The notes beneath the pieces are model-generated. The model saw only the letters and a program-made list of their open reading frames with translations, was not told where the DNA came from and made no database searches. A stretch of 64,000 nt of DNA from positions 384,001 through 448,000 of the forward strand of contig OZ253375.1 of the NCBI GenBank assembly GCA_965261005.1, given 5' to 3'. This DNA comes from Deinococcus sp. Lineage in GTDB: Bacteria; Deinococcota; Deinococci; Deinococcales; Deinococcaceae. This document shows, in pieces, positions 1 to 15,373 of the stretch; the first letter of the stretch is position 1, and every line of letters starts with the position of its first letter. Position numbers and translations under genes: made by a program.

Positions 1-1992
1 GCTCGCGCTCAGCCGCCCGTTTTGATAGCGCCCCTTCAATTCCTCGCCGCCGGTGTTCACCTGGAACGTGGCGCCGTTGTCGGTGTTGAGACGCGCGCTC
101 AGGTCCGTTCCCTTGACGCGCACCTCGCTGGCGAAGCCGGGCGCCAGCGAGGTGCGGCCCTCGAAGCCGACGGCGCGCCAAGTTCCAGTGCGCCAACTCC
201 CGGCGTAGCTGGCCCGCGTGCCGTCCAGCCGCGCCTCAAGCGACCCGCCCCGCCCACTGGCCGTCAGCTGCCCGCGCGCCGTGCCGTCCGCGTAGGTCAG
301 GTCGCCGCTCGCCGTGAAGCCGGCCACCTCGAAGCCGCGCAACGTCAGACGGCCCCCGTTCCCGCTCCAGGTCGCCGAACCCGCGCCGAAGTTCCAGCTG
401 CCGCGCCGCGCCGCCCAGCTCAGGTCCACGGGGCCAACCGCCCGTCCCTGGCCCGGCAAGTTCAGCGCGAGGCGCCCCCCCAGCTGGCCGCCCTTCAAAT
501 TCAGCTGACCCCCACCGCTGGCGCTCGCTCCGTAGGCGCTGAGCCTATTCAAGCGCCAGGTGCCGCGCCCGTTCTCACCGACCTTCAGCGCGACCGCGCC
601 GAGGTTCAGCTGGCCCCCCGCCGCGCCCCAGCGCCCCGTCCCGCTCAGCTCGACGGGGCCGTAGGCCAAGCGCGCCACCTTCAGCTTCAAGTCCCCGACC
701 GTTCCGGTCGCTGAACCCCTCAGCGCCACCCCGCGCACGGCCGCGTTCAAGCTGGCGCTCAGCGCGCGGCTTTTCAGGGTATAGCTGCCGGTCAGCGGCC
801 CGCCGAGGGCGCTTCCCGTCAGGCGCACCCGGTCGCCCTGGGCGTCCGCGCCCAGCTTCAGCGGCGCGCCGAGCAGCCGTCCCTCCAGCATCCCGCGCCC
901 TGCGCCGCCCAGCGTCCAATCGGCCCGCACGCGCTGCGTTTCGCCCGCGAATGCGGTCTGCGCTCGCAGGCTCACCTTGCTTTGCCCGGCGTTCAGGTCG
1001 TAAGTCGCCTTCACGTTCCTCAGCGACACGCCGGCGAGCGTCCCGCCGCCCGTCAGGCTCGCCGTCACCTCCGGCTCGCTCCAGCCGCTCACGCGCGCAT
1101 TCAACCGAAGTTGCCCGGCCCCCGTCGTTCCCAGCGCCGCTGCGGCGTCCCCCAACGTAGGCGCGCCCGTCACGGTCGCCGTGTACACCCGGCGCGCCGT
1201 GTCGATGTCGGCCCGCGCCGTGACCGGTCCGCCCAAGCTGCGCCCACTGAGGTCGAGCCGGAAGCGGTCCCCGTCATGAATGACCGTGCCGGTGACGTCC
1301 CGCACCCGCACGTTCTCGTTCTGCGGCAGCACGACCTCGCCGCCCGTCAAATTTAAATTGCCGTGCAAGTCACCGCCGTCGAAGCTGTAGTGCCCCGTCA
1401 ACTTGCCGCCGCGCACGCCGTCCCAGTAGGCGTTCAGCAGCGTGGCGTCGGCCGTGATGTCCGCCGCGCCGCGCAGCTGTTTGTCGCCCGGTTGGTAGCG
1501 AATGTCTGCCTGAGCGCCGCCGTTCTCGGTGGTGGCCCGAAGGCGCAGTTGCCCGCCCGCGCCGCTCACGCTCAGCCGCGCGTTCGGTAGCTTGTACCCC
1601 CTGTTGTCGAGGTTGACCCGCACGTTCTCGACTGAGAAGTCCTGCGGCACGAAGCTCCAGCCGCTGCGCCGCTGTCCCGACAGCAGTTGCTTGAGGTCGA
1701 GGTCCACGGTCGCGTCTCTCAGGCCGCCCGAAAAGCGCAACACCTTAGAGAACGGATTGGGCCGCCGCACGTTCAGCCGCAACTCACCCGCGCGCACCCG
1801 CACCCCCGGCCCCGTCACCTGCGCCTCAAAGAGCACCGGCGCCCACAGCGGCCCGCCCACCGACTCGGCCCGCACGGTATACCCGCCCGGCAAACGCTCC
1901 AGCAAGGCTCTCCCGTACAGCGGCAAACCGAACAGCGTCAGCGCCACCAACGTGCCCAGCAGCGTCAGCAGCGCCCAGCGCAGGGTCTTCAC
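1..1992 (-). CDS. TamB/AsmA-like large envelope protein, N-terminal part (runs off the window start)
   Basis: Not in the ORF track, consistent with no stop inside the window. GTG at 1992 reads MKTLRWALLTLLGTLVALTLFGLPLYG (N-terminal membrane anchor), followed by Gly/Leu-rich beta-strand-like sequence. Confidence 0.6.
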   Translation of the reverse strand, partial: MKTLRWALLTLLGTLVALTLFGLPLYGRALLERLPGGYTVRAESVGGPLWAPVLFEAQVTGPGVRVRAGELRLNVRRPNPFSKVLRFSGGLRDATVDLDLKQLLSGQRRSGWSFVPQDFSVENVRVNLDNRGYKLPNARLSVSGAGGQLRLRATTENGGAQADIRYQPGDKQLRGAADITADATLLNAYWDGVRGGKLTGHYSFDGGDLHGNLNLTGGEVVLPQNENVRVRDVTGTVIHDGDRFRLDLSGRSLGGPVTARADIDTARRVYTATVTGAPTLGDAAAALGTTGAGQLRLNARVSGWSEPEVTASLTGGGTLAGVSLRNVKATYDLNAGQSKVSLRAQTAFAGETQRVRADWTLGGAGRGMLEGRLLGAPLKLGADAQGDRVRLTGSALGGPLTGSYTLKSRALSASLNAAVRGVALRGSATGTVGDLKLKVARLAYGPVELSGTGRWGAAGGQLNLGAVALKVGENGRGTWRLNRLSAYGASASGGGQLNLKGGQLGGRLALNLPGQGRAVGPVDLSWAARRGSWNFGAGSATWSGNGGRLTLRGFEVAGFTASGDLTYADGTARGQLTASGRGGSLEARLDGTRASYAGSWRTGTWRAVGFEGRTSLAPGFASEVRVKGTDLSARLNTDNGATFQVNTGGEELKGRYQNGRLSAS

Positions 1993-2096
1993 CGGAAAAG
2001 TTTAAACTGATGAGCGTGAGTTTCAAAATTTCTTTAGAAAGTTTGGCGTCAGGTTTGCTGAACGCCCTTTTTTCTGGCTTCCCTTAAACTGCCCGC

Positions 2097-2384
2097 ATGC
2101 GACCCGGCCAGCGACCCATCAGCCGACTGAGCGCCCTGGTGTCCGGCGAGGTGCAGGGCGTCGGCTACCGCCGCTTTGTGCGCCAGCGCGCCCTCGACCT
2201 CGGCCTCAGCGGCTACGCCGAAAACCTCTCGGACGGCCGGGTGGAGATTGTGGCCGAGGGCAAAAAAGACGATCTGGAGCGCCTGCTGCACTGGCTGCGG
2301 CGCGGCCCACCCCACGCCCGCGTGGACCGTCTGGACGAGCAGTGGGCCGAGGCGACCGGGCTGGAAGCGTTTTACGTGTATTAA
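2097..2384 (+). CDS. acyP: acylphosphatase
   Basis: GEVQGVGYR and [12 protein letters not shown] motifs; TAAACT lies 6 nt before the ATG. Confidence 0.92.
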   Translation: MRPGQRPISRLSALVSGEVQGVGYRRFVRQRALDLGLSGYAENLSDGRVEIVAEGKKDDLERLLHWLRRGPPHARVDRLDEQWAEATGLEAFYVY

Positions 2385-2403
2385 CCGCGAAGCACAGTTT
2401 TCT

Positions 2404-2820
2404 TTACAATGTGATGACGTTCAAGGTGGGGAAGTCGCCAAAGTTGTCCAGGTTGAGGGTAAAGAGCCGGTCGGCCCGCCACAAGGCGTGCGCGCCGATC
2501 AAAAAATCCGGCAGCACCGGCCGAACACCACGCCGACCACTTGCCCGCCGCCTCGCGTGATACTCCGCATTGGCACGTCCCGCCTCCCGCCACACTTCCA
2601 ACTCGCCGCCGCTGTCCAGCGTCACGCCGGTCTGGGCCAGGAAGACGTCAATCAGCTTGCCGGGTGTGTCTGCCCGACCGTGCAACTCGGCGTAGACGAC
2701 CCCGCAGATCAGCAGCGGCCCGTCCGCGCCGAGCTGTTTCAGGATGTAGGCGACCTCGGGAGCGCGGCTGGCGCCGCCCAACAGCTCGCTGACGACGTTG
2801 GTGTCCAGAGCGGTTCTCAA
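2404..2820 (-). CDS. vapC: VapC-type PIN-domain toxin
   Basis: N-terminal ALDTNV, VYAEL, PDFLIGAHA and TLNLDNF PIN-like motifs; overlaps the antitoxin stop by 4 nt. Confidence 0.85.
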   Translation of the reverse strand: MRTALDTNVVSELLGGASRAPEVAYILKQLGADGPLLICGVVYAELHGRADTPGKLIDVFLAQTGVTLDSGGELEVWREAGRANAEYHARRRASGRRGVRPVLPDFLIGAHALWRADRLFTLNLDNFGDFPTLNVITL

Positions 2821-3140
2821 GAAGCGCCGGCCTCATCATCGGTTCGACCAAGGCGTGTGACTTTGGCGCCCGGCCCGGTTCGCAATATTCGCAAGTCCTC
2901 CTCGTCCAATCCGGCGTAGCGGCTTTGACGCGCGAATTCCTCCCAACTCTCCCCGCTTGGCGCCGCTCCTATCCAGGCCAAAAAAGGATTTTCGCCCGCC
3001 CGCTTGGGACGAAGGTGAATCCCCGCCTCGTCCATCACAAACTCCACCTCGTCGCCGCGCTCCACGCCCAGCCGAGCGCGAACTTCCTTGGGCAACACGA
3101 CTTGGCCCTTGCTGCTGACGGACGCACGAACCGTTTTCAC
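2817..3140 (-). CDS. AbrB/MazE/SpoVT-family antitoxin (VapB-like)
   Basis: VSSKGQVVLPKEVRARLGVERGDEVEF AbrB motif; directly upstream of the PIN gene. Confidence 0.85.
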   Translation of the reverse strand: MKTVRASVSSKGQVVLPKEVRARLGVERGDEVEFVMDEAGIHLRPKRAGENPFLAWIGAAPSGESWEEFARQSRYAGLDEEDLRILRTGPGAKVTRLGRTDDEAGAS

Positions 3141-3188
3141 GCTTCACCTCTGTCTTACAGGGTAGCGCCTGAAGTAAGCTCCAGACGC

Positions 3189-3218
3189 TTGACCTCCCGC
3201 CCCTCCGCCCGTTACACT
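3189..3218 (+). promoter_or_regulatory. sigma70-like promoter of the met leader
   Basis: TTGACC-N18-TACACT, about 30 nt upstream of the riboswitch. Confidence 0.55.
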
Positions 3219-3245
3219 CCCCTCAGTTTCGCCACCGCGGAACCA

Positions 3246-3369
3246 CTCTTATCCAGAGCGCGCCAGGGACCTGGCCCCATGAAGCGCGCAGCAACCGGCC
3301 CTCATCGCGGCACGGTGCTTTCCAGCCCCAGCGGCAGCCGACGATGGCGAACGCGCGGGACCGATAAGG
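3246..3369 (+). ncRNA. SAM-I (S-box) riboswitch
   Basis: CTCTTATCCAGAG...GGGACCTGGCCCCATGAAG...GCAACC...GGTGCT...GATAAG, upstream of metY-metX. Confidence 0.9.
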
Positions 3370-3389
3370 GAAGGGTTTCCGCCTGCGCG

Positions 3390-3419
3390 CCCCCTTCTCT
3401 CAGGAGAGGGGGACTTTTT
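3390..3419 (+). terminator. intrinsic terminator, SAM riboswitch expression platform
   Basis: CCCCCTTCTCT/AGGAGAGGGGG hairpin followed by a T-run. Confidence 0.7.
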
Positions 3420-3430
3420 GTGTCCCCTGA

Positions 3431-5772
<2,342 letters not shown>

Positions 5773-5785
5773 AAAGTCACTTTTC

Positions 5786-6625
5786 CTATCTCGGCCAATC
5801 AGCGTTGCGCTCCACAAATCCCGTAAACGCCCAGCCAAAGTCAGTGAGTCGGTAGTGTCCCTCTGTCGGGTTGTCCCTATCCCAGTTTTCCTCTGCGGCA
5901 ACTGTTCTATACTCCACGCTAACTAGGCCTAGTCGTACAAGATTATTTAATCGTCCATCAAGGTATCCCCAAGTGTGGAACGTAGCTACAGAACTTAGGT
6001 CAGAGAAGTCACGTCCGAGATTTCCCATAACTTGTGTGTGGCTTAATTCTAACTCCGTAGGAATTTTCACCTCATTTCCTGACTCATCTGTAAAACCTTC
6101 TTGTGGTAAATCAAGCCATACTCTGAGAAGCTGAATATCAGTATCACTGATATTCCTTAAAGCGTCAGCCATTGCCTGCTCCTCAAGGAGTGTGATAGTT
6201 CGGCCTGTAGGTTTGCATATAACATTTTTAAGTAGACTCGCGTAATATTGAGCCTTGCCACTTTCAGTATCCTCCTCAACGTGACGGATAATACGCTCCA
6301 CTAAATCTCGTACATTGGGATACTTCGTAACAAGGTCTTCTATGTCATGCGGTTGTAAATGTTCCTTAGACAGTAGTTTACCCAAATACTGTAACATTCG
6401 ATCTGTCCGCTCAACCGCATACTTTTCTCGAGAGCCATATTGATTCAATTCTTCACGTCTCTCAATCGCCCAAATATACAGTATAGAGCCGGTATCAACA
6501 AGTAGTGGAGCGAAAATCACAGCTAAATCCGGCGGAAAGCCTAAGTGTTGAAGCTGAGTAACGAGTATAGCTGTCGCGGGTGACACCAGTGCATCTCGTA
6601 TACGTTTCATATTTTCAAAATTCAT
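5786..6625 (-). CDS. low-GC orphan resembling the Abi-alpha/DUF4393 family
   Basis: AT-rich insert with AGGAGG RBS; motifs YYASLL, LNNLVRLGLV and LTDFGWAF. Confidence 0.5.
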   Translation of the reverse strand: MNFENMKRIRDALVSPATAILVTQLQHLGFPPDLAVIFAPLLVDTGSILYIWAIERREELNQYGSREKYAVERTDRMLQYLGKLLSKEHLQPHDIEDLVTKYPNVRDLVERIIRHVEEDTESGKAQYYASLLKNVICKPTGRTITLLEEQAMADALRNISDTDIQLLRVWLDLPQEGFTDESGNEVKIPTELELSHTQVMGNLGRDFSDLSSVATFHTWGYLDGRLNNLVRLGLVSVEYRTVAAEENWDRDNPTEGHYRLTDFGWAFTGFVERNADWPR

Positions 6626-6717
6626 TTTACCTCCTTTTGCTAGCGGACACCTAATTTTACATTTTGCTCTTCATAAAAGCTCATAGTAGAATTAACAGGT
6701 TCATTAACATCTATCCA

Positions 6718-7554
6718 TTACTCCAGCAGCCGCGCGAAGTTGGACAGCAGCAGCGCCGAGGTGAGCGGTCCCACGCCGCCCGGCACCGGCGTCAGGGCGC
6801 GGACCACGTCGGCCACGTCCCCCGCCACGTCGCCGACCACCAAACCCGCCGACACGTTGATGCCGGCGTCAACCACGACCTGATGGGGCTTCACGTGGCG
6901 CCCCTCCAGCAGACACGGTTGCCCGACCGCGACCACCACGGCGTCGCAGGGGGCCAGCACTTCGGCGAGCCGTTGGGTGAACGGGTTGCACACCGTCACC
7001 GTCGCGCCGGCGTTGTTCAGCAGCCACACGAGGGGGCGCCCCACCGTGCGCCCCGGCCCGACCACGGCGACGTGCGCGCCCTTCAACTCCAGCGCCTCCT
7101 CCAGCAACATGCGGCAGGCGTTTGGGGTGGGCGGCAACATGGCCTCCTCCTCGCGTCCCGCCGCGATCAGGGCCAGATTGGCGGGGGAGAGGCCCTCCAC
7201 GTCCTTGTGGGGCGGCAGGTGGGCCAGGGCGCGGTCGGCGTCGAGCTGGGGAACCAGCGGCAACTCCAGCATCACGCCGCCCACGGCCGGGTCGTCGCCG
7301 AGGGCGCGCAGCTCGGCCTCCAGCTGCTCCTGACTGGCTCCCGCCCCCAAGTCCAGCGTCCTGAAGGCGATGCCCAGCTTGCCGGCCCGCCGCGCCTTGC
7401 CCTGCACGTACACCCGCGTCGCCGGGTCGTCCGAGGCGACCACGGCCACCAGGGCGGGCGCCGGCCCGAGGTGGGCCAGTTTGGCGCGCGTTTCGCGGGT
7501 GACTTCTCGCGCCAGGGGTTCGCCGCGCAGCAGCGTGAGGGCGTCCGTCTTCAT
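6718..7554 (-). CDS. folD: methylene-THF dehydrogenase/cyclohydrolase
   Basis: KDVEGL, VGRPL, GDV and [11 protein letters not shown] motifs; start MKTDAL. Confidence 0.92.
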   Translation of the reverse strand: MKTDALTLLRGEPLAREVTRETRAKLAHLGPAPALVAVVASDDPATRVYVQGKARRAGKLGIAFRTLDLGAGASQEQLEAELRALGDDPAVGGVMLELPLVPQLDADRALAHLPPHKDVEGLSPANLALIAAGREEEAMLPPTPNACRMLLEEALELKGAHVAVVGPGRTVGRPLVWLLNNAGATVTVCNPFTQRLAEVLAPCDAVVVAVGQPCLLEGRHVKPHQVVVDAGINVSAGLVVGDVAGDVADVVRALTPVPGGVGPLTSALLLSNFARLLE

Positions 7555-7570
7555 CTCAGTGCCGCCGCGT

Positions 7571-9064
7571 TCAATGTCGGAAGTGTCGGGAGCCGGTGAA
7601 GACCATGCTGAGGCCCAATTCGTCGCAGGCGCGGATGACCTCGGCGTCGCGCTTCGCCCCGCCCGGCTGCACGATGGTCCCCACGCCCGCCGCCGCCGCC
7701 GCGCGCACCACGTCGTCAAACGGGAAGAACGCCTCCGAGGCGAGGACGGCGCCCCGCGCCTTTTCGCCCGCGTTCTCTATGGCCCGTTCCGCCGCCCAGA
7801 TGCGGCTGACCGCGCCGCTGCCGAGGCCGACCGTTGCCCCGTTCAAGGCCAGCACGACGCTGTTGCTGCGCGCGTGCTGGCCCACCCGCCACGCAAAGGC
7901 GAGGTCGCGCCACTCGTCCTCGCCCGGCTCCCTCTGCGTCACCACCTCCGGGCACAGCTCGTCCCAGGTGCGGGTATCGCGCTCCTGCGCCAGAAAGCCG
8001 CCGGCGATGGGGCGGTACTCCACCCGCCCGGCCCCTTCCGGCCCCACCGCCAACACGCGGAGGTCGGGCTTCTTGTCCTTCAGCCAGGCCAGCGCCTCGC
8101 CCGTCACCTCCGGCGCGATCACGACCTCCAAAAAGGTGCCGCGCATGGCCCGCGCCGCGCCGAGGTCGAGGGGCCGGTTGAGCGCCACCACCCCGCCGAA
8201 GACGCTGAGGGTGTCGGCGTCCCTTGCGCGCTCCCAGGCGCGCTCTGCCGTCTCGCCCAGGGCCACGCCGCAGGGGTTGCCGTGCTTGACCGCCACGCAG
8301 GCCGTCCCCTCGAATTTCTTCACCAGCGCCCAGGCCGCGTCGGCGTCGGCGTAGTTGTTGAAGCTCATCGGCTTGCCGGAGAGCGGGCGCGCGTCCAGCG
8401 CCGGCCCGCGCGCCCCGTTCAAGCGGTACACCGCCCCAGCTTGGTGCGGGTTCTCGCCGTAGCGCAGCTCCGCTACGCGCTCCAGCGGCAAGTTGACCCG
8501 CCCCGGCAAGGTCTCCGTCTCCAAGTAATTCGTGATGGCCGCGTCGTAGGCGGCCGTGTGCGCGAAGGCTTTGGCGGCCAACTTCTGGCGCTCTTCCAAG
8601 CTCAGCTCACCCGAGAGCGCCTTTTCGTAATCGGCCGGGTTCACCAGCACGATCACCCCGGGGAAGTTCTTGGCCGCCGCCCGCAGCATGGCCGGCCCGC
8701 CGATGTCTAGATTTTCGAGCGCTTCTTGCAGGTCCGCCCCGCCCGCCACCGCCTCCCGGAAGGGGTAGAGGTTGACGCAGACCAGGTCAATCGGCGTGAT
8801 CCCGTGGGCGTCCAGCTCGGCGAGGTGCCCCGCCTCGCGCCGCGCCAGAATGCCCCCGTGAATGGCCGGGTGCAGCGTCTTGACCCGCCCCGCCAGAATC
8901 TCCGGAAAGCCGGTCACGTCGCTCACCTGGGTGACCGCCACCCCCGCCGCCCGCAATACCCCAAAGGTGCCCCCGGTCGAGATGATCTCCCAGCCACGCG
9001 CCGTCAGTTCCCGCGCGAACTCGGCGATTCCGGTCTTGTCGCTCACCGACAACAGTGCCCGCAT
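7571..9064 (-). CDS. purH: AICAR transformylase/IMP cyclohydrolase
   Basis: [54 protein letters not shown]. Confidence 0.96.
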   Translation of the reverse strand: MRALLSVSDKTGIAEFARELTARGWEIISTGGTFGVLRAAGVAVTQVSDVTGFPEILAGRVKTLHPAIHGGILARREAGHLAELDAHGITPIDLVCVNLYPFREAVAGGADLQEALENLDIGGPAMLRAAAKNFPGVIVLVNPADYEKALSGELSLEERQKLAAKAFAHTAAYDAAITNYLETETLPGRVNLPLERVAELRYGENPHQAGAVYRLNGARGPALDARPLSGKPMSFNNYADADAAWALVKKFEGTACVAVKHGNPCGVALGETAERAWERARDADTLSVFGGVVALNRPLDLGAARAMRGTFLEVVIAPEVTGEALAWLKDKKPDLRVLAVGPEGAGRVEYRPIAGGFLAQERDTRTWDELCPEVVTQREPGEDEWRDLAFAWRVGQHARSNSVVLALNGATVGLGSGAVSRIWAAERAIENAGEKARGAVLASEAFFPFDDVVRAAAAAGVGTIVQPGGAKRDAEVIRACDELGLSMVFTGSRHFRH

Positions 9065-9105
9065 GTCTCCTCCCAAAGCGCGGGGACCGACCCTCCGTGG
9101 TCCCC

Positions 9106-9209
9106 GGCCCAGGCGAGCGGCCCCTGAGTTTCTCGCGGCTCCCCGGTGGTCGCCCACCTTTTCGCCGCCGAAAGATGTTCTCTCGGCAACGTTTCGCCAG
9201 TCACCGCAA
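9106..9209 (-). ncRNA. ZMP/ZTP (pfl) riboswitch
   Basis: Minus strand reads GTGACTGGCGAA...AGGTGGGCGACCACCGGGGAGC...GCCGCTCGCCTGGGC upstream of purH, followed by a GGGGACC/GGTCCCC hairpin. Confidence 0.88.
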
Positions 9210-9311
9210 CGGCTGAGTCTAGCAAACTGGGCGGCCGTCTTCGCTATAGTTGCACTCACTTCAACATTTCCCCCTCAACATCTCTCATTCAACAGTTCTC
9301 AGGAGGACGCC

Positions 9312-11936
<2,625 letters not shown>

Positions 11937-11994
11937 AGTGGACTTGCGGCGGCAGATGCGTCCCGTACTCACGAGGAAGCCCCTAGAATGAGTC

Positions 11995-14900
11995 ATGTCT
12001 GAGTATGAAGAGCGCGAGCAAGGCCAGCAAAGGGCAGCCGCAGCGCCGCAGATCACCTACGTGCCCCCCCTGCCGGTTCCGGATCAGGCCGCCATCCAGC
12101 TTGAGCTGCAACAGCGCGCATTACAGCGCTACCAGCAGTTTTTTGACATACAAGCCGTCGCCCAACGTTCGAGCGCCGCCCCGGTTCTCGAAGCTGCCCA
12201 GGTGCAACGTAGCTTTGCCTTGCAGCGCCAGCAATCGCAGTTGGCTTTGCAACGTCAGATCGAGGCGCTGAGCGAGGGGCTGCCTCCCGATGTCCTACAA
12301 GCGGCGCTACAACGTCAGGCCGAGCAAGCTGGGGTACCGGCGTTGCCCCCCGTCTTTAGCGGTCCCACGAGGTCACAGCCTTCCTACGCCGACCACGCCC
12401 AGCGCTATGCCCATGAAGCCGTTGCCTTGCAGCGCCAAGCGGACCAGCACAGCGGCTTCGTGTCCATGTCCGCCTGGCCGAACATTCAGCAGCGCGCGGC
12501 CCAGGACTTGGTCCAGCGCTTTCGTCAAGATACTTCCCCTGCTATGCAACGCTACGCCGAGTTGGGGCAGAGCTTAGCCCTGGTGCAACGCCAGCCGCAA
12601 GGGAAGCAGGTGGCGCGGGTGGTGCTGCAACGCCTGCCCGCCGGAGAACGGCCCATGGTGCAGAGAGCGCTGGACGAGGCGGAACAAGAGCATCAGCAGT
12701 TCCAAGCGCAAGATCAGAAAGCGTTGGAACGGCACACCTTGCAACGAAAGCTGACAGAGGAAGACGCCCTTGCTCCCCAAGCGATGCCACGCGGCAACGG
12801 TCAAGCCCTGCCTCTCGCGGTGCAGCGGCGGTTGGCAGTGGGGCTGAACATCCCCGGTGAGCACTTGCAAAGCGTCAGAGTCCATGTCGACTCCAGCGCC
12901 CATAGCTTTGCCAAGTCGGTTCAAGCCATCGCGGCGACGGTCGGAACGCACATCTTCTTTCAGCAGGGCAAGCTGGACACCGAGAGCGCCGAGGGCCAAG
13001 AGCTGCTGGCGCACGAGGTCACGCATACTTGGCAGCAAAGCCAGGGGAAGGTGCAGGGAGGCGGCATTGATCCCGACCCCGGCTTGGAGCAGGAGGCGCG
13101 GGACGCGGGCAAGACGTTCGCTCGGCAAGCCAGAACGCCCGAGTTCCTGGCGCGTTTTGAGCGGAAAAGACAAAGCGTGGAGGCGCGCTTTCAAGCCGGA
13201 CTCCACACGCCTGAAACCGTGCAACGTCTGGCCGAACCGCAAGCTTCGGACCTCAAGCGCGGCGAAGCTTGGGAACGAAGCTTCACGGGCAGCAAGGGTG
13301 GCGTCACCTTTCACCTCAAGCTCTACCGCTATCCCGACGGCCGCCTCGCCGGCACGTACCACGTCGAGGGCGGCAGCGGGCAACGCTGGCACCTTTCGGG
13401 CAGCGTGCGCGAGGACGGCCGCTTCAAGCTGTGGGGCGACCAGAACAGCGCCGTGTTCGAGGGCCGCTACGGTTCGGACAACCAATTGTACGTGGACGAC
13501 TTTCACTTGGGAAACGGCCAGAGCTACCGGGTACAGGGCCTCGATCTGCGCCCCGTTGAATTGTCGGGGGCAGGGCCAGCCCAGACGGCCACCAGCAAAA
13601 CGCCGCTCATCAAGGGTGCCGACGACCGGGCGACCCAGCCCAAGGCGGACGGTCAGGCGTGGGGCGAGCGCAAGCACTTCAGCTGCATGGACGATCAAGA
13701 GACGCGCTTCGAGCTGGACTTGGACCGCGATGAGCGCGGCTTGCTGACCGGGGGCTACCGGGTGAACGGGGGGCAGGACTGGGGGCTGCGCGGGGTGCTG
13801 TACGCCGACGGTCACTTCGAGGTGCGCGCGCAGAACGGAGCCAGCTTTCAGGGCCAAGCGGAGCAAAGCGGCGGGCAGCTGACCTTGCGGGCGCATTTCG
13901 AGCACGACAAGACGGGGTACAAGGGGGAAGTGCGGCTGGAACAGACGGCGGCGCCCAAGCGAGAACGCCGAGCGCTGCCGGACTCGAAAACGCTCCAGAC
14001 GGGGCTGAAGAACGGCCAACCCCAAGCGGAGCGTTCCTCGTGGGAGGACACCATCACGTCCGAGCAGCGCGCCAAGCTGCCGGCCTTGCAAGAGGCGCAC
14101 TTCCTGGAGGCGCTGAGCGCCATGTGTGGGCGTCTCGGCGTGCCACGGGACGAATTGCTGGCGGTGATGACGTTTGAATCGGCGGACTGGCGCCGGGGAA
14201 CGCTCGGCCTCGATCCGAAGGCGGACAACGGCAGCCACGCGGGGTTAATTCAGTTCGGGCAAGATTTTACAAAGGGGGTAAGGTCTTACGGAGTCGAAGA
14301 CTATAGGGACTTCACAAACCTCTCTGCCATCCAACAGCTCAAGTTTGTCGAGCTGTACCTGGAGAAGCACGGCGTCCGCGAGGCCGTCGAGTTGGCACGG
14401 AAAGAGAACCGTCAGATCAGCTTGGAGGAGCTGTACCTGAGCGTTCTGGGCGGCAACGCGCGAAAGGGGCGGCAGCCCGTTTGGGCCGAAAGTGGCAACG
14501 CCAACTACTTGAGCAACGCGCACCTGGACAACAACCGCGACCAGCAGATCACGCCAACCGAGGCGGCGGACGCCGTACGGCTCCACTGGCGAGACGTGTA
14601 CGGCAACAACCTGGACGAACGCAGCACCCACATTGAGCGCGAATACTACACCCAGAACGGCAAGCAAAGATGGCGTGTCAAGGATCATGGAGAGGAGGTC
14701 TTCTCCAGTCTGCTGAACATTGACCCTTCGCTCCAACAACAAGTCGCTTTGAAAGAAAACCAAACAGAGCAGGAATCGCCGAAGAGTGGCCGTTTGAAAA
14801 GTCTGACCCGCAAGGAATTTACTGCGATAAATGCACAAGGTATGAAAGCGCGCGGGCAGGAAATAGGTAGTCTAGACGGTGTCGTGGGATACTTCAACGC

Positions 14901-15372
14901 CAATGATGGTGGACATGATAGTGATCGGTGGTACTCGAAGCCTAAAGCTGACGGAAGCAAATATTACTACGGTTTGCGGTGGCAATGTGTGGAGTACATA
15001 CGACGATACTATTATGATGTACTTGGGCATGAGATACATGCTTTGGGCAACGCGATGAACTACTTCGATAGAGGTTTGTCGGAGGGGGCAATGAATAGTG
15101 AAAGGGGGCTTGTGCAATACAAGAACGGCGGAGAGGAAAAGCCGCAGTATCGGGATATTATTGTCTGGGGACCGAACCCTGCTAGCAAAGTCGGACATGT
15201 AGGAATCGTGGCTTCTGTTTCGGAAAACGAGTTGGTAATTGCTCAACAGAATGCTGGACGATTTTCAAGGAGCGTCTCATTAAAGAAAGCGACTGAAAAA
15301 GGTAAAACTTACTGGCGATTGTACGGCGGTCCAGTTGATGATGCTATTCTAGGTTGGCTTAGAAGCAAGTAA
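11995..15372 (+). CDS. DUF4157 (eCIS core) domain protein with lysozyme-like and C-terminal CHAP domains; putative polymorphic toxin
   Basis: LQR/VQR-rich N-terminus; GQALP...VRVH...LLAHEVTHTWQQ; LAVMTFES...AGLIQF; WQCVEYIRRYY...GHVGIV. Confidence 0.75.
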   Translation: MSEYEEREQGQQRAAAAPQITYVPPLPVPDQAAIQLELQQRALQRYQQFFDIQAVAQRSSAAPVLEAAQVQRSFALQRQQSQLALQRQIEALSEGLPPDVLQAALQRQAEQAGVPALPPVFSGPTRSQPSYADHAQRYAHEAVALQRQADQHSGFVSMSAWPNIQQRAAQDLVQRFRQDTSPAMQRYAELGQSLALVQRQPQGKQVARVVLQRLPAGERPMVQRALDEAEQEHQQFQAQDQKALERHTLQRKLTEEDALAPQAMPRGNGQALPLAVQRRLAVGLNIPGEHLQSVRVHVDSSAHSFAKSVQAIAATVGTHIFFQQGKLDTESAEGQELLAHEVTHTWQQSQGKVQGGGIDPDPGLEQEARDAGKTFARQARTPEFLARFERKRQSVEARFQAGLHTPETVQRLAEPQASDLKRGEAWERSFTGSKGGVTFHLKLYRYPDGRLAGTYHVEGGSGQRWHLSGSVREDGRFKLWGDQNSAVFEGRYGSDNQLYVDDFHLGNGQSYRVQGLDLRPVELSGAGPAQTATSKTPLIKGADDRATQPKADGQAWGERKHFSCMDDQETRFELDLDRDERGLLTGGYRVNGGQDWGLRGVLYADGHFEVRAQNGASFQGQAEQSGGQLTLRAHFEHDKTGYKGEVRLEQTAAPKRERRALPDSKTLQTGLKNGQPQAERSSWEDTITSEQRAKLPALQEAHFLEALSAMCGRLGVPRDELLAVMTFESADWRRGTLGLDPKADNGSHAGLIQFGQDFTKGVRSYGVEDYRDFTNLSAIQQLKFVELYLEKHGVREAVELARKENRQISLEELYLSVLGGNARKGRQPVWAESGNANYLSNAHLDNNRDQQITPTEAADAVRLHWRDVYGNNLDERSTHIEREYYTQNGKQRWRVKDHGEEVFSSLLNIDPSLQQQVALKENQTEQESPKSGRLKSLTRKEFTAINAQGMKARGQEIGSLDGVVGYFNANDGGHDSDRWYSKPKADGSKYYYGLRWQCVEYIRRYYYDVLGHEIHALGNAMNYFDRGLSEGAMNSERGLVQYKNGGEEKPQYRDIIVWGPNPASKVGHVGIVASVSENELVIAQQNAGRFSRSVSLKKATEKGKTYWRLYGGPVDDAILGWLRSK

Positions 15373-15373
15373 T

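Noticed and set aside
22..2010. Plus-strand ORFs here, and the many long antisense or alternate-frame ORFs elsewhere (e.g. 56854-58866, 32768-34366)
   Set aside because: Shadow ORFs of high-GC genes: Arg/Pro/Ala-rich and without recognisable motifs.
6471..6481. Additional copy of the polar motif (AAATATACAG)
   Set aside because: A degenerate match inside an AT-rich insert, where chance matches are likely.
8862..9311. N-terminal extensions given by the ORF track for the Fe-S protein and PurH
   Set aside because: They overlap purH and the ZTP riboswitch; RBS-supported starts are at 9312 and 9064.
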